64,000 bases of DNA, from the NCBI RefSeq assembly GCF_002105155.1, contig NW_019029003.1:248001-312000 (forward strand). Direction: 5' to 3'. A program made the position numbers and the translations under genes. Source of the DNA: Lobosporangium transversale. Taxonomy: Eukaryota. Of the stretch, positions 62,858-64,000 are shown in pieces (the first letter of the stretch is position 1; each line of letters starts with the position of its first letter). The notes below the pieces were generated by a model. The model had not been told where the DNA came from. It did no database searches and saw only the letters and a program-made list of their open reading frames with translations.

Positions 62858-64000
62858 ATGCGTTCGCTCGTATTTACTCTTGCACTCTCAGTTTCTGTTG
62901 CGCTCGTTGATGTCGCAATAACGGTCTTGGCTGCTCCCACTCCTACTTCTGATAGTCCTATAAAGAAATCTGGACCTCGTCCTGTGGTGTTTTACCATGG
63001 CATGGGTGACTCTGCACACTCCAAGGGCATGCTCCAACTGTTTGACTCTATCCGTGCACTCGCTCCTGAAATCTTTATCCACAGTGTATCTCTTGCTTCA
63101 TCCGAGGCAGATGACCAACGTGCAGGCTTCTTTGGCAATGTGAATCTTCAGATAGAACAAGTCTGTCGACAACTCAAAGATCTTCCAGACCTCAAAGATG
63201 GGTTTAATGCTGTCGGGTTTTCTCAAGGAGGACAATTTTTACGTGCCTATATTCAACGTTGTAATGATCCTCCGGTCCATAACTTGATCACAGTAGGGTC
63301 ACAACATGGCGGGGTCGTTGATATCCCTGGATGTCTTTCTCCAGATCCCTCTTGTCGTCTGATGCGTTCCATTGCCAGAGGTGGTGTCTATAACGGATAC
63401 GTAAGAGAACGTATCGTCCAGGCACAATATTTCAAGGTGACACTCTATACTCTTTGTACCTTATTAAAAAAAAAAAAAAAAAAAAAAAAAGGTTCAAAGT
63501 ACTGATTCGATATTTCATAATACATCTTTAGGACCCACACAATCTGCAAACCTACCTTGAAAGAAACATCTTCCTTCCAGACATCAATAACGAATTAGAA
63601 TCCAAGAATGCTACCTACAAAAATAAACTCACCAGTATCAACAAATTGGTTATGTTTATGTTCCTCCAGGACATTACTGTCAAACCCAAAGAGACCGCTG
63701 TGAGTCGACCTTTTTTTTTTTTTTTTTTTTTTTTTTTTCCTTCCAATCAATGCGTTTTACATTTCTCTCTTTACATATCTTTTTTTTTTTTTTTTTTTTT
63801 TAATATCATCGTGGCAGTAACAGACTTATTGACCCTTTCTCCTATTTATTATTGTTATTAGTGGTTTGGTTTCCAAGACGAAAATGGCGAGATTATAGAC
63901 CTAAAAGATCAAGATCAATATAAACAAGACTGGTTAGGTCTCAAGACCATGGACCGAGCCGGAAAACTTGTGTTCGACGTCATGGAAGGCGAACATGTAG
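62858..64000 (+). CDS. PPT1: Palmitoyl-protein thioesterase 1-like, runs off the window end
   Basis: Signal-peptide-like N-terminus. PVVFYHGMGDS, GFNAVGFSQGGQFLR (nucleophile elbow), GSQHGG, VQAQYFK/DP, FLPDINNE, TVKPKETA/WFGF. Introns near 63438-63531 and 63700-63861. Confidence 0.92.

Overview
Intron-containing fungal genomic DNA; gene and transposon content suggest an early-diverging fungus such as Mortierellaceae/Mucoromycota, which is an inference. All family calls come from motif reading, not database searches. The host genes are a hyaluronan-synthase-like GT2 gene at the left and, at the right, TMEM234, cyclophilin PPIL1, a Zn2Cys6 transcription factor, NAD-glutamate dehydrogenase GDH2 and a partial PPT1. 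Between them are two near-identical 7.2-kb direct repeats (2949-10168 and 42787-50012). Each carries a 5-exon gene for an uncharacterised ~2125-aa protein, and the copies differ mainly in one hypervariable block. The repeats bracket a 32.6-kb nest of mobile DNA. (i) A non-autonomous Helitron (10272-29320) holds two insertions. One is a 7.25-kb element with ~1.03-kb terminal inverted repeats (TIRs), a 9-bp target-site duplication (TSD), nested pogo-type ends, a pogo transposase and a PD-(D/E)XK nuclease-like cargo gene. The other is a young, apparently intact Ty3/gypsy LTR element with an antisense ORF. (ii) A hAT transposase remnant. (iii) A decayed, intron-containing Fanzor/TnpB-like gene with an XPG/PIN-like N-terminus, interrupted by a gypsy relic and head-to-head with a decayed Crypton-type tyrosine recombinase. 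The PIN-Fanzor/Crypton pair and the double-ended long-TIR element are the best candidates for undescribed systems.
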